DNA of 28,028 nucleotides from Escherichia coli (GTDB lineage Bacteria; Pseudomonadota; Gammaproteobacteria; Enterobacterales; Enterobacteriaceae): NCBI RefSeq assembly GCF_003334335.1, contig NZ_QOWQ01000050.1; one strand, 5' to 3'. Shown piece by piece: positions 27,349 to 28,028 of this stretch (position 1 is its first letter; each line of letters starts with the position of its first letter). The notes under the pieces were generated by a model. It saw only the letters and a program-made list of their open reading frames with translations, ran no database searches and was not told where the DNA came from. The position numbers and the translations under genes were made by a program.

Positions 27349-27737
27349 TGTAAGCGCACCGTGAAGGACGTGGGGTAAAAATTAGTTTACAGAGAGAGTG
27401 ACGTTCCAGGGCAACAACTCTTTCATGCGGTTGGCAGGCCAGGTGTTGATTACACTGATCACGTGGCGTAGCCACGTTTCCGGCTCGATTCCGTTAAGTT
27501 TTGCAGCTACCGATCAGGCTGTACATCACTGCCGCACTATCGCTCGTCATCTCAAAGTCCGGTCTCGTCAGCAGGAAGGTATCATTCTCTCCCGCCATTT
27601 TTCCGGGGGCCCGGTCAGATAAGTCCCTTTGTCTATCGCTGACTCCTGGCTCATAACCCGGTTAGCAGAATGCAGGGGCACCACCTCGCCACGACCGAAT
27701 CCGGATAAGTCAATTGCACCTTCTCAATCGCCATTTT
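27349..27737 (-). pseudogene. divergent IS66-family remnant: terminal repeat plus frameshifted TnpC C-terminal fragment
   Basis: IS66-like end tgtaagcgcaccgt at 27349. Minus-strand translation gives ...LIGSCK / LNGIEPETWLRHVISVINTWPANRMKELLPWNVTLSVN*, colinear with the TnpC C-terminus of the other copies (LIGTCRLNGIDPEAYLRHILSVLPEWPSNRV.ELLPWNVV) but interrupted by a frameshift. Truncated at 27737 by the next IS66 copy. Confidence 0.55.
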
Positions 27738-28028
27738 GGTAAGCGTCAACGGAGCACCGTATTGACGCTTATTTATTGGTGAGTACTACGTTCCATGGCA
27801 GGAGTTCGCCAACTCGGTTGGAAGGCCATTCCGGCAGTACGCTCAGAATATGGCGCAGATACGCTTCCGGATCGATACCGTTCAGACGGCAGGTGCCGAT
27901 CAGCCCGTACAGCAGTGCACCACGCTCGCCGCCGTGATCGCTACCGAAGAGCACGTAATTTTTCTTTCCGAGACAGACTGCACGAAGCGCTCTTTCCGCT
28001 GTGTTATTGTCCGCCTCCGCCAGACCGT
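27738..28028 (-). mobile_element. second IS66-family element (partial, continues beyond window end)
   Basis: Terminal repeat GGTAAGCGTCAACGGAGCACCGTATTGAC at 27738, then tnpC 3' end in the same layout as copy 1 (repeat to stop = 31 bp in both). Roughly 85% nucleotide identity to copy 1 by eye, so a different isoform. Confidence 0.85.
27769..28028 (-). CDS. tnpC: IS66-family transposase TnpC, C-terminal part (5' end outside window)
   Basis: Frame is open to the window edge and ends ...GALLYGLIGTCRLNGIDPEAYLRHILSVLPEWPSNRVGELLPWNVVLTNK*. The ORF track's Met at 27954 is internal. Confidence 0.8.
   Translation of the reverse strand, partial: GLAEADNNTAERALRAVCLGKKNYVLFGSDHGGERGALLYGLIGTCRLNGIDPEAYLRHILSVLPEWPSNRVGELLPWNVVLTNK

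Noticed and set aside
27242-27475. 77-aa minus-strand ORF (MATPRDQCNQHLACQ...)
   Set aside because: It runs through the IS66-remnant terminal repeat in a frame different from the TnpC-like frame. It is an out-of-frame artefact of the decayed transposase remnant.

Overview
This window reads as a mosaic genomic-island segment of the Escherichia coli / Shigella pathogenicity-island type; all calls below are made by eye from the sequence and ORF translations, with no database search. Layout, left to right: (1) a complete IS66-family insertion sequence (167-2703, minus strand) whose tnpC is frameshifted; (2) an AT-rich accessory sialic-acid (nan-like) island (3275-12175) with homologues of NanA, NanK, NanT, NanC, NanM, NanR and NanS plus two paralogous alpha/beta-hydrolase esterases, and no nanE; (3) the aerobactin locus shiF / iucABCD-iutA (12333-21611) with the classic Fur-box promoter; (4) a degraded AT-rich stretch (21612-25073) with insertion-sequence scars, a perfect 8-bp x 7 tandem repeat and decayed ORFs; (5) iha, the IrgA-homologue adhesin / TonB-dependent siderophore receptor (25074-27164); (6) a divergent IS66-family remnant abutted by a second, distinct IS66-family copy that runs off the window end. 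The most interesting element is the nan-like island: it pairs sialic-acid scavenging with iron acquisition inside one IS66-bounded module, and an alpha/beta-hydrolase sits where the canonical nanC-nanM-nanS operon has NanS.
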